Shown here piece after piece: positions 18,607 to 27,493 of a stretch of DNA of 64,000 nt. Location of the stretch: the NCBI GenBank assembly GCA_965221125.1, contig CBDCRW010000006.1:576001-640000 (forward strand), read 5' to 3'. A program made the translations under genes and the position numbers. The notes under the pieces were generated by a model. That model saw only the letters and a program-made list of their open reading frames with translations. It ran no database searches and was not told the origin of the DNA. Source of the DNA: Alphaproteobacteria bacterium (GTDB lineage: Bacteria; Pseudomonadota; Alphaproteobacteria; UBA828). Positions within the stretch are counted from its first letter, which is position 1. Each line of letters starts with the position of its first letter.

Positions 18607-19379
18607 CGGCCCGACCATGCCGGTGCGCGCTTCTCCCGGAAGGCGGCGACGCCTTCCTCCGCATCCCGGCTCTGCAGCGCATCCACGAGGCTAGGCAGGC
18701 AGGCGTTGCGGGCCTCCGCGACCGTGAGGTGCGCGGTGTCGTGGACGGAGCGCTTGATCGCCTTGAGGCTGAGCGGGGCGCAGGCGACGATGTCCCGGAC
18801 CCAGGCATCGACCGCGTCGTCCAGCGTCCCCTCCTGCACGACCTCGTTGACGAGGCCGAGGCCCAGGGCCTTCGCCGCGTCGATGCGCCGGCCGGTGAGC
18901 AGCATGCCCATGGCGAGCGCGCGCGGAATCCGGCGGGGCAGCGTCACCATGCCGTCGAGCGGCAGGCGGCCGACGCGGGGCTCCGGCAGGCCGAACGACG
19001 CGCCCTCGGCAGCGATCGCGAGATCGCAGCCCAGCACCATCTCGAAGCCGCCGCCGAGCGCGAGCCCGTTCACCCGGGCGACGACGGGCACGGAGAGGCG
19101 GCCGCCGAGCGCGATGCCACCGAAGCCGTGATCGCCGGTGGCGGCCCAGTAGGCCAGCCCGTCGGGGCCGTCCTCCTTCATGTCCGCGCCGGCGCAGAAG
19201 GCGCGGCCCGCGCCGGTGAGCACGACGCAGCGCACGCGCGCGTCCCGGTCGATCTCCGCCCAGATCCTGCCCAGCGCCGCGTCGGTCGCGGAATCGACGG
19301 CGTTCAGCCGCTCCGGCCGGTTCAGCGTAACCCGGGCGATGCCGTCCGTGACGCTGAAGTCCACGCTCACGCCGCGCAC
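18603..19379 (-). CDS. Enoyl-CoA hydratase/isomerase family protein
   Basis: VTLNRPERLNA, AFCAGADMKE, VNGLALGGGFE, FGLPEPRVG. Confidence 0.93.
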   Translation of the reverse strand: MRGVSVDFSVTDGIARVTLNRPERLNAVDSATDAALGRIWAEIDRDARVRCVVLTGAGRAFCAGADMKEDGPDGLAYWAATGDHGFGGIALGGRLSVPVVARVNGLALGGGFEMVLGCDLAIAAEGASFGLPEPRVGRLPLDGMVTLPRRIPRALAMGMLLTGRRIDAAKALGLGLVNEVVQEGTLDDAVDAWVRDIVACAPLSLKAIKRSVHDTAHLTVAEARNACLPSLVDALQSRDAEEGVAAFREKRAPAWSGR

Positions 19380-20551
19380 CCGTCTTCGGCCGCCACCTCC
19401 GCCAGCACCTCGTTGGTGTGCTCACCGAGCGTGGGCGGCGCGCGGCGCACCGCGAACGGCGCGGCCGACATGTCGATGGGCGAGGCCACGAGACGCACCG
19501 GCCCGCCGGCGGTCGGCGCCAGCTCGACGATCAGGCGGTTGCAGGCGGTCTGCGGGTCCTCGAGGGCGGCCTGGAGCGATTTCACGGGCGCGCACAGGAT
19601 GTCGACCTCGCCGAGGCGCTCCAGCCAGTGGTCCGTCGCGTTGCCGGCGAAGCTCTCGCGGAAGATCGCCTGAAGCTGGGGCCGGTGGGCCTGCTGCTGC
19701 TCCAGCGTGGCGTACCTGGCATCAGCGGAGAGGTCGCCGATGGCGAGCGCCCGGCAGATGTCGCGGAGCGGGTTCTCCTTGAAGGCGCCGACCATGACGA
19801 TGGCGCCGTCGCTGGTCTCGAACACGCCGGAGAGCGGCATGGCGGCCCAGTTGAGCTCGCGGCCCCGCATCATCCACATCGCCGCCTCCTGCATCTGCAT
19901 CGCCAGCATGGAGTTGTAGAGCGAGACCGCCACCTGCTGCCCCTCGCCGGTCCGCTGGCGCTGGAGCAACGCGAGCAGGATCCCCTGTACCAGGTGCATG
20001 CCCGCGGCGTAGTCGGCGAGCGTGGTGGGATAGATGGAGAGCGGCAGCGCCGGGTCCGCGCGGCGGTGCATGGCGCCGCTCATGGCCTGGGCGAGCACGT
20101 CCTGGCCGCCCTTGTGGACGTAGGGGCCGTCGAGGCCGAAGCCGGTGCCGACGGCGTAGACGATGCGCCGGTTGATGCGGCGGAGCTCGTCGTAGCCGAG
20201 GCCCATGCGCTCCATGACGCCGGGGCGGAAGTTGTTCACGACCACGTCCACCGTCTCCACCAGCCGCAGCACGGCCGCCTTGTCGGCGTCGGACTTGAGG
20301 TTGAGGGTGACGCTGCGCTTGTTGCGGTTGAGGCTCGAGAACACCGGGTTGTTGCCGCCGTCCGGGTCCTCGCCGACGCTCCAACGCGAGATGTCGCCCA
20401 GCCCGGCGCGTTCGATCTTGATCACGTCGGCGCCGTAGTCGCCCAGCATCTGCGTGCAGCACGGGCCCATCATCACCTGCGTGAAGTCGAGGACGCGCAC
20501 GCCGTCGAGCGGCAGCGGGCCGCCGCCGGCTGCGCCTGCATTCGCTGCCAT
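19367..20551 (-). CDS. CaiB/BaiF family III CoA-transferase
   Basis: PLDGVRVLDFTQVMMGP..LGDYGADVIKIE, LNRNKRSVTLNLK, NFRPGVMERMGLGY, PPTLGEHT. Confidence 0.94.
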   Translation of the reverse strand: MAANAGAAGGGPLPLDGVRVLDFTQVMMGPCCTQMLGDYGADVIKIERAGLGDISRWSVGEDPDGGNNPVFSSLNRNKRSVTLNLKSDADKAAVLRLVETVDVVVNNFRPGVMERMGLGYDELRRINRRIVYAVGTGFGLDGPYVHKGGQDVLAQAMSGAMHRRADPALPLSIYPTTLADYAAGMHLVQGILLALLQRQRTGEGQQVAVSLYNSMLAMQMQEAAMWMMRGRELNWAAMPLSGVFETSDGAIVMVGAFKENPLRDICRALAIGDLSADARYATLEQQQAHRPQLQAIFRESFAGNATDHWLERLGEVDILCAPVKSLQAALEDPQTACNRLIVELAPTAGGPVRLVASPIDMSAAPFAVRRAPPTLGEHTNEVLAEVAAEDGCAA

Positions 20552-21912
20552 CAGGCGGCCTCCGTCACGTGCGCATTGGCGGCCGGCCGGTCGCCAGGGT
20601 CGGCCCCTTGGGCGCGCATCTGCCGCTGGATGCCGCGCACGTCCACGTCGCGCACCAGGATGCCGCCGTCGAGGGCCTGGGCGGCGGCGATGCCGGCGGC
20701 CTCGCCCATGGCCATGCAGGGCGGGATCTCGCGGCTGATCTTCTGGGCCTGCGGGGTCGCCGAGTAGTGCCGGCCCGCGACCAGCAGCTGGTCGACGCCC
20801 ACCGGCAGGATCGCGCGGTAGGGGGTGTAGTAGTCGCGGCCGCGGCAGACGCTGTCGTGGAAGTGCACGCGGTCCTTCACGTCCCGCTTGGTGACCACGT
20901 ATTCGCCTTTGAGCAGCCGGGTCTGGCGCACGCCGGTCTGCGGCGCGAAGTCCACGAAGTACGCCTGCTCGAAGCCCGGCAGGTTCTCGCGGGCAAACTC
21001 GAGCAGCCCCTGCATGCGCCGCCGGCCCTCGAACTCGGCGGCCGTCAGATCGGCGACCTTCATGCCGTCGAACCCGGTCATGTGCGGGCAGTTGCACCAG
21101 ACGATGCCGGGCAGCGGCGTCTTGAGCCACCAGTGCTGCCAGCTGCCGCCGATCAGGCGCTTGGCCTGGCGGTCGAGCGCCGCGAAGCGCTCGGGCTCCT
21201 CGCGCTCGAAGCGCTCCGCCGCCTCGGTATCCACGCCGCCGATGCGGGAGACCGTGGTGACGATGTAGGCGCCGTCCTCGTAAGCCGCGCCGGCGCTGGC
21301 CGCCACATCGAGATCGCCCGTGGCATCGATGACCGCACGCGCCCGGATGGCCTGCGCGCCCTCCTTGGTCTCGACGATGACGCCGGCGGCGCGGCCGTCC
21401 TCCACGATGGCGGACTGGAACCAGCTGTGCAGGCGCAGGCGGACGCCGGCCTCCCGCACCATGTCGAGCGAGGCCTGCTTGAAGCCGTCCGGGTCGAAGG
21501 CGGCGGCGAAGATGATGGGATGCGGCTTCGACTGGGTGTGGAAGTCGAAGAGACCCCAGCGCCGCCACTTGCGCCACATCTCCTGGGTCGCGCGGACGGC
21601 CGGGTCGCGATCGGCCTCGGGCGGGTAGACGCAGAGCCCCTTGGCGTGCATCCGCTCGATGATCTCCATCGCAAGCCCGCGCACGGAGACCTCGGTGTCG
21701 TTGTGCATGTCGTCGAGCACCAGCACCATGCCGCCGGACGCGAGGCCGCCGAGGTAGGGGTAGCGCTCCACGAGCACGGCGTCCGCGCCGTTCCGCGCCG
21801 CGGAGACCGCCGCGGCGATGCCGGCGGGGCCGCCGCCCACGACCACCACGTCGGCATCGGCGACCACCGGCACGTGGGCTTCGGGGCGGATCAAGATTTC
21901 GGGCGATGACAT
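20551..21912 (-). CDS. FAD-dependent oxidoreductase
   Basis: DVVVVGGGPAGIAAAVSAARNG, LGGLASGG, VIDATGDLD, LLVAGR, CMAMGEAAG. Confidence 0.9.
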   Translation of the reverse strand: MSSPEILIRPEAHVPVVADADVVVVGGGPAGIAAAVSAARNGADAVLVERYPYLGGLASGGMVLVLDDMHNDTEVSVRGLAMEIIERMHAKGLCVYPPEADRDPAVRATQEMWRKWRRWGLFDFHTQSKPHPIIFAAAFDPDGFKQASLDMVREAGVRLRLHSWFQSAIVEDGRAAGVIVETKEGAQAIRARAVIDATGDLDVAASAGAAYEDGAYIVTTVSRIGGVDTEAAERFEREEPERFAALDRQAKRLIGGSWQHWWLKTPLPGIVWCNCPHMTGFDGMKVADLTAAEFEGRRRMQGLLEFARENLPGFEQAYFVDFAPQTGVRQTRLLKGEYVVTKRDVKDRVHFHDSVCRGRDYYTPYRAILPVGVDQLLVAGRHYSATPQAQKISREIPPCMAMGEAAGIAAAQALDGGILVRDVDVRGIQRQMRAQGADPGDRPAANAHVTEAA

Positions 21913-21943
21913 GCAATTGCCTCCGGGTGTGGGCGCGACGGGA

Positions 21944-22783
21944 TCAGTAGACCGCGCCCGGCTTCCACTTCAGGACCTGGCGTTCGACGAGGGACGTGGT
22001 CACGAAGAACGCGACTGCGAGGCCGGCGCCCAGGATGACCGTGGCGTAGAGCAGCGGGGCGCGGAAGTTGTAGGTGGCCTCGATGATGAGGGAGCCGAGG
22101 CCGTAGTTGGAGCCTATCCACTCGCCCACGATGGCGCCGATGACGCAGGTGGTTGACGCGATCTTCAACGCCGCGAAGAGGAAGGGCAGCGAGCTCTGCA
22201 GCCTGATCTTGAACAGGACCTCGCGGTCGTTGGCCGACAGCACGCGCATCAGCTCCAGCATCTGCGGGCTCACCGCCTTCAGTCCCCGCACCATGTTGAC
22301 GAGGGTCGGGAAGAAGCAGATCAGGGCCGCGATGACGATCTTGGGCTCGTAGCCGTTGCCCAGCATCAGCACCAGGATGGGAGCGATCGCGATGATCGGG
22401 ATCGTGTTGATGAACACCGCGATGGGATAGAACGCGCGCTCCGCCAGCCCGCTGTGCACGAACCAGACCGCGAGAAGCACCGCGATGGTGTTGCCCAGCA
22501 CGAAGCCGCATACCGCCTCCAGCAGGGTCGGCAGGAAATTGATCCAGAGGATGTGGCCCTGGTTCGCGAACACCTGCAGGACCTGCCACGGGCTCGGCGC
22601 GATGTAGGTCGGGATTTCGAACCCGGTGACGATGAGGTGCCAGACGACCACCATGCCGACGGCGGCGATGACGGCCGGCGCGCGGCGGAAGCGCCGGCGC
22701 ATCTTCGTTCGATCCAGACGCTTGGCCCCGGCCGCAGCGGCCTGCGGCTTGGCGGCTTTGGCGCCCACCTCCGTGGACGTCAT
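21944..22783 (-). CDS. ABC transporter permease (NitT/TauT/THI5 type)
   Basis: Multi-TM; PIIAIAPIL, FFPTLVN, SLPFLFAALK, GAIVGEWIGSNYGLG. Confidence 0.92.
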   Translation of the reverse strand: MTSTEVGAKAAKPQAAAAGAKRLDRTKMRRRFRRAPAVIAAVGMVVVWHLIVTGFEIPTYIAPSPWQVLQVFANQGHILWINFLPTLLEAVCGFVLGNTIAVLLAVWFVHSGLAERAFYPIAVFINTIPIIAIAPILVLMLGNGYEPKIVIAALICFFPTLVNMVRGLKAVSPQMLELMRVLSANDREVLFKIRLQSSLPFLFAALKIASTTCVIGAIVGEWIGSNYGLGSLIIEATYNFRAPLLYATVILGAGLAVAFFVTTSLVERQVLKWKPGAVY

Positions 22784-23595
22784 CGCGGCACATCCAGGAG
22801 GCCGCGCAGGTGCGCCGTGACCTGCACGAACTCGAGCGTGTCGCGCATGCCGAGGACGCGGGGCGAATCGAAGGAGATGTCCAGGTATTCGCGGACGCGG
22901 CCCGGCTGGGCCGAGAGCACCAGGCACTTCTGGCCGAGGAACGCGGCTTCCGGCACCGAGTGCGTCACGAACATGATCGTGGTGCCGGTCGTCTTCCAGA
23001 TGCGCAACAGCTCCTCGTTGAGGTTGTCGCGCTTGATCTCGTCGAGCGCGCCGAAGGGCTCGTCCATCAGCAGCACGCGGGGGCGGCAGACGAGCGCCCG
23101 GGCGATGGAGACGCGCTGGCGCATCCCGCCGGAAAGCTCGTGGGGGAGCGCGTCCTCGCGCCCTTCGAGGCCCACCAGCGCCAGCAGCTCCTCCGGCTCC
23201 GCGTGCTGCTCCACGCCGCCGCCGCGACGGCCGACTTCCAGCGGCAGCCGCACGTTGTCGATCGCGCTCCGCCAGGGCAGCAGCGTCGCATCCTGAAAGA
23301 CGAAGGCGAAATCGCGCGCGCGGCGTGCCTCCTCCGGCGTGCGGCCGAAGACGCGGATGTCGCCGCCCGAGAGCGGCACCAGATCGGCGATGGCGCGCAG
23401 CAGCGTGGACTTGCCGCAGCCGGACGGGCCCAGCATGGTGACGAAGCCGCCCTCGGGCACGCTGAAGCCCACCCTCTCCAGGGCGGTGACGCTGCCGGTC
23501 TCCGTCTCGAAACGGACGACCAGGTCGTTCACCGAGATCGCCGTGGCGGCGGCGCTTACCGTCTCCGCCCCCGCCACGGCAGCGGCTTGCGTCAT
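22780..23595 (-). CDS. ABC transporter ATP-binding protein (NitT/TauT type)
   Basis: GPSGCGKST, LSGGMRQRV, LLMDEPFGALD, FVTHS. Confidence 0.95.
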   Translation of the reverse strand: MTQAAAVAGAETVSAAATAISVNDLVVRFETETGSVTALERVGFSVPEGGFVTMLGPSGCGKSTLLRAIADLVPLSGGDIRVFGRTPEEARRARDFAFVFQDATLLPWRSAIDNVRLPLEVGRRGGGVEQHAEPEELLALVGLEGREDALPHELSGGMRQRVSIARALVCRPRVLLMDEPFGALDEIKRDNLNEELLRIWKTTGTTIMFVTHSVPEAAFLGQKCLVLSAQPGRVREYLDISFDSPRVLGMRDTLEFVQVTAHLRGLLDVPR

Positions 23596-24638
23596 CCGAC
23601 CTCTTTCCTCACGGCCTCCGTGGCGGAAAGGATATCCAGAGTCATCACGTCGTCTACGGTCGGCGTCGGACCCTGGAACTGCTCAAGCTCGGCGTAGGAG
23701 TCGATCTGGGCCTGCCAGTTGGCCGGGTTCATGGCCGCCCAGCCCTCGGCCGCCGTGACGTCGTTGAACGCGAAGCCCAGCACCAGGCCGGACGCCTCCA
23801 GCTCGCTCGCGCGGTCCAGGTTCTGGTACTCGGCGACGAGGTGGTCGACGCCCGCCTCGGGGTTCTTGCGCGCCTCGCCCCAGCCGCGGGCGGAGCCGGT
23901 GAGGAAGCGGGCCAGCACGTCCGCGTGCTCCGCCAGCATCTCGTCGGTGGCGTAGTAGACGTTGGCGTAGAGCTGGATGCCGGCGTCCCACAGCATCATG
24001 TCGACGCGGTCCTCGCCGAGCACCTTCAGCGCGTTGGTGTTGGTCATCCAGCCGGTCACCGCTGCGGCCTGGCCGGTCATCACCTGGTTCATGTCGCTGC
24101 CCATCTTGACGATCTCGACCTGGTCCTCGGCGATGCCGTTCTTGGCCAGCAGCGCGCGGAGCAGGATCACCGCCGTCGGCTGCGTCGCGATGGTCTTGCC
24201 GATCATGTCCTGCGGCGTGTTGATGGGATTGCTGCCGAGCGAGAAGTAGGTGAAGGGGTGCTTCTGGTAGCCGGCCGCAAACGCCTTGACCGGGATGCCG
24301 GCGGAGCGCGCCAGCATCAGCGACGGGCTGGAGGAGAGATGGCCGACCCCGGCCCGGCCGGCGGCGACCGAGGCGACGCCGTCCACGCCCGGCCCACCCG
24401 GCGTGACCTCAAGCTCGATGCCGAGCTCCTCGTAGATTCCCGTGCGCTTGGCCACGATCTCGCCCATGATGCCGTTGCTGGCGAGCCAGCCGAGCTGCAT
24501 GTTGACCTTCGCCGCATCGGCGCCGAGGGCCTCGACGCTGACGAGGGACGACACGGCTGCGACGCCGCCGAGCGCTGCACCGCCCTTGAGAATCTGGCGG
24601 CGGCTCAATTGGGCATGTGGGTGCCGGTGCTGAGTCAT
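23592..24638 (-). CDS. ABC substrate-binding protein, NMT1/THI5-like, with Tat signal
   Basis: SRRQILK Tat motif, QLGWL, G.YEELGIELEVTPGGP, PQDMIGKTI, RGW..ARKNPE. Confidence 0.88.
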   Translation of the reverse strand: MTQHRHPHAQLSRRQILKGGAALGGVAAVSSLVSVEALGADAAKVNMQLGWLASNGIMGEIVAKRTGIYEELGIELEVTPGGPGVDGVASVAAGRAGVGHLSSSPSLMLARSAGIPVKAFAAGYQKHPFTYFSLGSNPINTPQDMIGKTIATQPTAVILLRALLAKNGIAEDQVEIVKMGSDMNQVMTGQAAAVTGWMTNTNALKVLGEDRVDMMLWDAGIQLYANVYYATDEMLAEHADVLARFLTGSARGWGEARKNPEAGVDHLVAEYQNLDRASELEASGLVLGFAFNDVTAAEGWAAMNPANWQAQIDSYAELEQFQGPTPTVDDVMTLDILSATEAVRKEVG

Positions 24639-24833
24639 GGTCTTTCCTCCCAGGTGGTTGTCAGGCTGGCGGCGGACGGTGCGGCCCGCGCGCCGCAGGC
24701 GTGCCGGGGCTGCGGGAGGCGTGGCGGTGCGATGCGAACCATCATCCCACTCGGCTCATCCCGAAATCCTCCCGTCGTCGGGTGCAACGGTAGCCAGCCT
24801 GCCCGTTCGAGGGAATTGCTAAATTCTGCCCCA

Positions 24834-24856
24834 TGTGTTGCTCGATTTGCAACGCA
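24834..24856. promoter_or_regulatory. LysR-type recognition box in a divergent promoter
   Basis: TGTGTTGC-N7-GCAACGCA, a T-N11-A dyad, lies between the divergent SBP and oxygenase genes. Confidence 0.6.
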
Positions 24857-24948
24857 ACGCGCGCAAAGAATCGCGCCATAATTGTGGCGAACGGAACATG
24901 GCGCGGCCCGCCTGCGGCACCGGCCGGGCGGCACCAGGGGGAGCGATC

Positions 24949-25956
24949 ATGACTGAGGCAAGAGCGGATCGCGCGCATGTGGCGGCGTTCGACGAAGTGC
25001 CGCAGATCGACATCGGGCCGCTGTTTCGGGGCGACGAGCGGGCGCGGCGGGGCGTGGGCGATGCGGTGCGCGATGCCTGCCGCGACGTGGGCTTCTTCTA
25101 CATCCGCAACCACGGCATTGCGCAGGCGACCATCGACGATCTGTTCGCGCAGATGGCGCGCTTCTTCGCCCTGCCGGAGGACGCGAAGCGCGAAATCCAC
25201 GCGAGCAAGTCGCGGTGCTTCCGCGGCTACTCCGGGCTCTTCGAGGAGCGGCACGACGCTGCGACCGACTACTACGAGCCGCACGAGGTGATCGACTTCG
25301 GCCGCGAGAACCAGCCCGACGACCCGCCGGAATGCGCGGCGAGCCTGCTCTACGGCCCCAACCTCTGGCCATCGGAGCCGCCGGCGCTGCGCCGGGCAGT
25401 GGAGGCCTACTACGCGGCCATGGTCGAGGTCTCGAACGCGCTGCTCCGCGCCTTCGCGCTCGCCCTGGCGTTGCCGGAGGCGTACTTCCTCGACAAGTTC
25501 GACCGTGCCGCAGGCGCGCTCAGGCTCCTGCACTACCCGCCGCAGGCTCCGGACGAGAGACGGCTCGGCGTCGGCGCGCATACCGACTACGAGATGTTCA
25601 CGATCCTGGCGCAGGAGGCCACGCCCGGCCTCCAGGTCCTGAACGGCGCGGGCGCCTGGATCGACGTTCCGCCGGTCGCGGGCACCTTCGTGGTCAATAT
25701 CGGCGACCTCATGGCGCGCTGGACCAACGACCGTTTCACCTCGAACATCCACCGCGCCGCCAACCGCACCGCCCGCCACCGCTACTCCATCCCCTTCTTC
25801 ATGGGGGCCAACGTCGACACCGAGATCCGCTGCCTCGCGAGCTGCACCGGGCCGGACGAGCCGCCAAGGTATCCGCCGGTGCTGGCGGGCGCGCATATCG
25901 AGGCCCGGCTGCTCGAGCTGCAGCACGCCCTGGTGGAGGCCAAGAGCGCGGACTGA
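24949..25956 (+). CDS. Isopenicillin-N-synthase-family 2OG-Fe(II) dioxygenase
   Basis: VPQIDI, GFFYIRNHGI, GPNLWP, LRLLHYPP, GAHTDY, VVNIGD..ARWTND, HR, RYSIPFF. Confidence 0.93.
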   Translation: MTEARADRAHVAAFDEVPQIDIGPLFRGDERARRGVGDAVRDACRDVGFFYIRNHGIAQATIDDLFAQMARFFALPEDAKREIHASKSRCFRGYSGLFEERHDAATDYYEPHEVIDFGRENQPDDPPECAASLLYGPNLWPSEPPALRRAVEAYYAAMVEVSNALLRAFALALALPEAYFLDKFDRAAGALRLLHYPPQAPDERRLGVGAHTDYEMFTILAQEATPGLQVLNGAGAWIDVPPVAGTFVVNIGDLMARWTNDRFTSNIHRAANRTARHRYSIPFFMGANVDTEIRCLASCTGPDEPPRYPPVLAGAHIEARLLELQHALVEAKSAD

Positions 25957-26007
25957 GACCGTTCCGCGTCAGCGACAGCCCTGCGGCAGCGGGATACCGT
26001 TGTTTCA

Positions 26008-26076
26008 TTGACACCGCCCGCTCCCACGGTTTCAAATGGTCGCGACCCCGTGCCCGAATTACTGGACACGCGTGTC
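26008..26076 (+). promoter_or_regulatory. Putative promoter and palindromic operator of the PotABCD-like operon
   Basis: TTGACA at 26008-26013, a weak -10 (TCAAAT), and perfect palindrome GACACGCGTGTC at 26065-26076. Confidence 0.45.
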
Positions 26077-26228
26077 AGGAGTGAGGGGCCGCTGTCGGGT
26101 ATCGGCGAGGTCGTCTCGCGCCGGATGGCGCCGACGGCGATCCTCACCGCCCGGCCAGACGGCCGCCCCGTTTCGCAGGAGGGCGCAACGCGCAGCCATT
26201 CGACCACCGACGCGGCAAGGAGGCTCCG

Positions 26229-27398
26229 ATGAGAGACAGCGACAAGCGGAAGAAATCCGATCGTACCGGGTTCAAGATCAACCGGCGGACCCTGTTGAAG
26301 GGAGGCGCGGCGGCCGCAGGTGTCGCGGCGGCCGGCTCGCTCACGATTTTCTCGCGCACGGCGCGCGCCGCCGACACGCTGCGGGTGCTGTGCTGGCCGG
26401 GCTACGAAGAGAAGAACGTGATCCAGGAGTTCGAGGACACGCACGGCGTCAAGGTCGAGTTCAAGATCTACATCGGCGGCGAGCAGATGCTCCAGTTCTT
26501 CAACCAGACGCCGCGCGGGACCTACGACAACGTGCTGGCGGACGCCGAGTACATCCGCAAGCTCGCGGCCATCGACGCGATCGAGCCCTACAACCCGGGC
26601 GAGGTCACCGAGCTCGCCAACTACCACCCGAAGTTCAACGACATGCACCAGGTGCAGGCCGGCGACGGCATGGTCTGGGGCACGCCGACGCGCTTCAGCT
26701 TCTACGCCATCTCCTACAACTCGGACCACATGAGCTTCGAGGAGAGCGGCGACTGGAACTCGCTGTTCCTGCCCAAGTTCCAGGGCAAGATCGGCATCTT
26801 CGACTGGTACCTGCCGAACATGGGCAACGCGAGCCTCGCGGTGCATCCCAACAAGGAGAACCCCTACGACCTGACCGACGACCAGCTCGGCGCGGTCCGC
26901 GACTGGCTGCTGAAGCTCAGGCCCCAGGTCAACATGTTCGGCTCCAGCGCCCAGCCCATCGTGCAGGCGATGATCAACGGCGACGTCGTCGCAGGGATGA
27001 TCGGCGACCTCGACATCGACCTGAAGCTCGCCGGCTACACCAACATGGAATCGACGATCCCGGTGCAGGGCGGCATCCGCTGGCAGGAAGTGGCCACCAT
27101 GTGCAAGCAGAGCGAGAACAAGGAGCTCGCGCTGGAGTGGATCAAGTACATGAGCCAGGCCCACGTGCAGGCCAAGCTGGCCTACACCAAGGCGTTCAAG
27201 GCCCGTGGCCCCAATCTCAAGATCGCCGAGCACTGGGACGATGAGCAGAACCAGCTCATGGGCTACTATCCCGATCCCAACAACTCCAGCCAGATGTGGG
27301 TGGAGACGCTGATCGACCGCAGCGTCGGCCGCGATCTTCCCGTGCAGCAGGACGAGAAGGCTTGGATCGATATCTTCAACGAGTTCAAGACGGGCTAG
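26229..27398 (+). CDS. PotD/PotF-like ABC substrate-binding protein with Tat signal
   Basis: NRRTLLK Tat motif, LRVLCWPGY, FEDTHGVKV, DWNSLF.PKFQGKI. Confidence 0.88.
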   Translation: MRDSDKRKKSDRTGFKINRRTLLKGGAAAAGVAAAGSLTIFSRTARAADTLRVLCWPGYEEKNVIQEFEDTHGVKVEFKIYIGGEQMLQFFNQTPRGTYDNVLADAEYIRKLAAIDAIEPYNPGEVTELANYHPKFNDMHQVQAGDGMVWGTPTRFSFYAISYNSDHMSFEESGDWNSLFLPKFQGKIGIFDWYLPNMGNASLAVHPNKENPYDLTDDQLGAVRDWLLKLRPQVNMFGSSAQPIVQAMINGDVVAGMIGDLDIDLKLAGYTNMESTIPVQGGIRWQEVATMCKQSENKELALEWIKYMSQAHVQAKLAYTKAFKARGPNLKIAEHWDDEQNQLMGYYPDPNNSSQMWVETLIDRSVGRDLPVQQDEKAWIDIFNEFKTG

Positions 27399-27421
27399 AT
27401 CGCCGCAGCCCGTCGTGCACC

Positions 27422-27463
27422 GAGCGGGCGGCGCGCCGCCGCGGCGGCGCGTCGGCCCCGCTC
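27422..27463 (+). other. GC-rich intercistronic stem-loop after the SBP gene
   Basis: GAGCGGG...CCCGCTC encloses CGCGCCGCC-GC-GGCGGCGCG. This position is typical for mRNA-stabilising hairpins in ABC operons. Confidence 0.4.
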
Positions 27464-27493
27464 CGCACCCGCTCCGCGCGAGCCTGACGAGCG

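Noticed and set aside
19367-21916. 849-aa ORF suggesting a fusion ending in the CoA-transferase (similarly 14365-15903, 49628-51793, 56045-58954)
   Set aside because: The N-terminal parts are off-frame read-through of the upstream gene. The real starts are internal and coupled to the upstream stops.
24639-24830. TPP or xanthine (NMT1-motif) riboswitch ahead of the THI5-like SBP
   Set aside because: No recognisable consensus (e.g. TPP CTGAGA...ACCTGA) on the minus strand. A LysR dyad explains regulation more simply.
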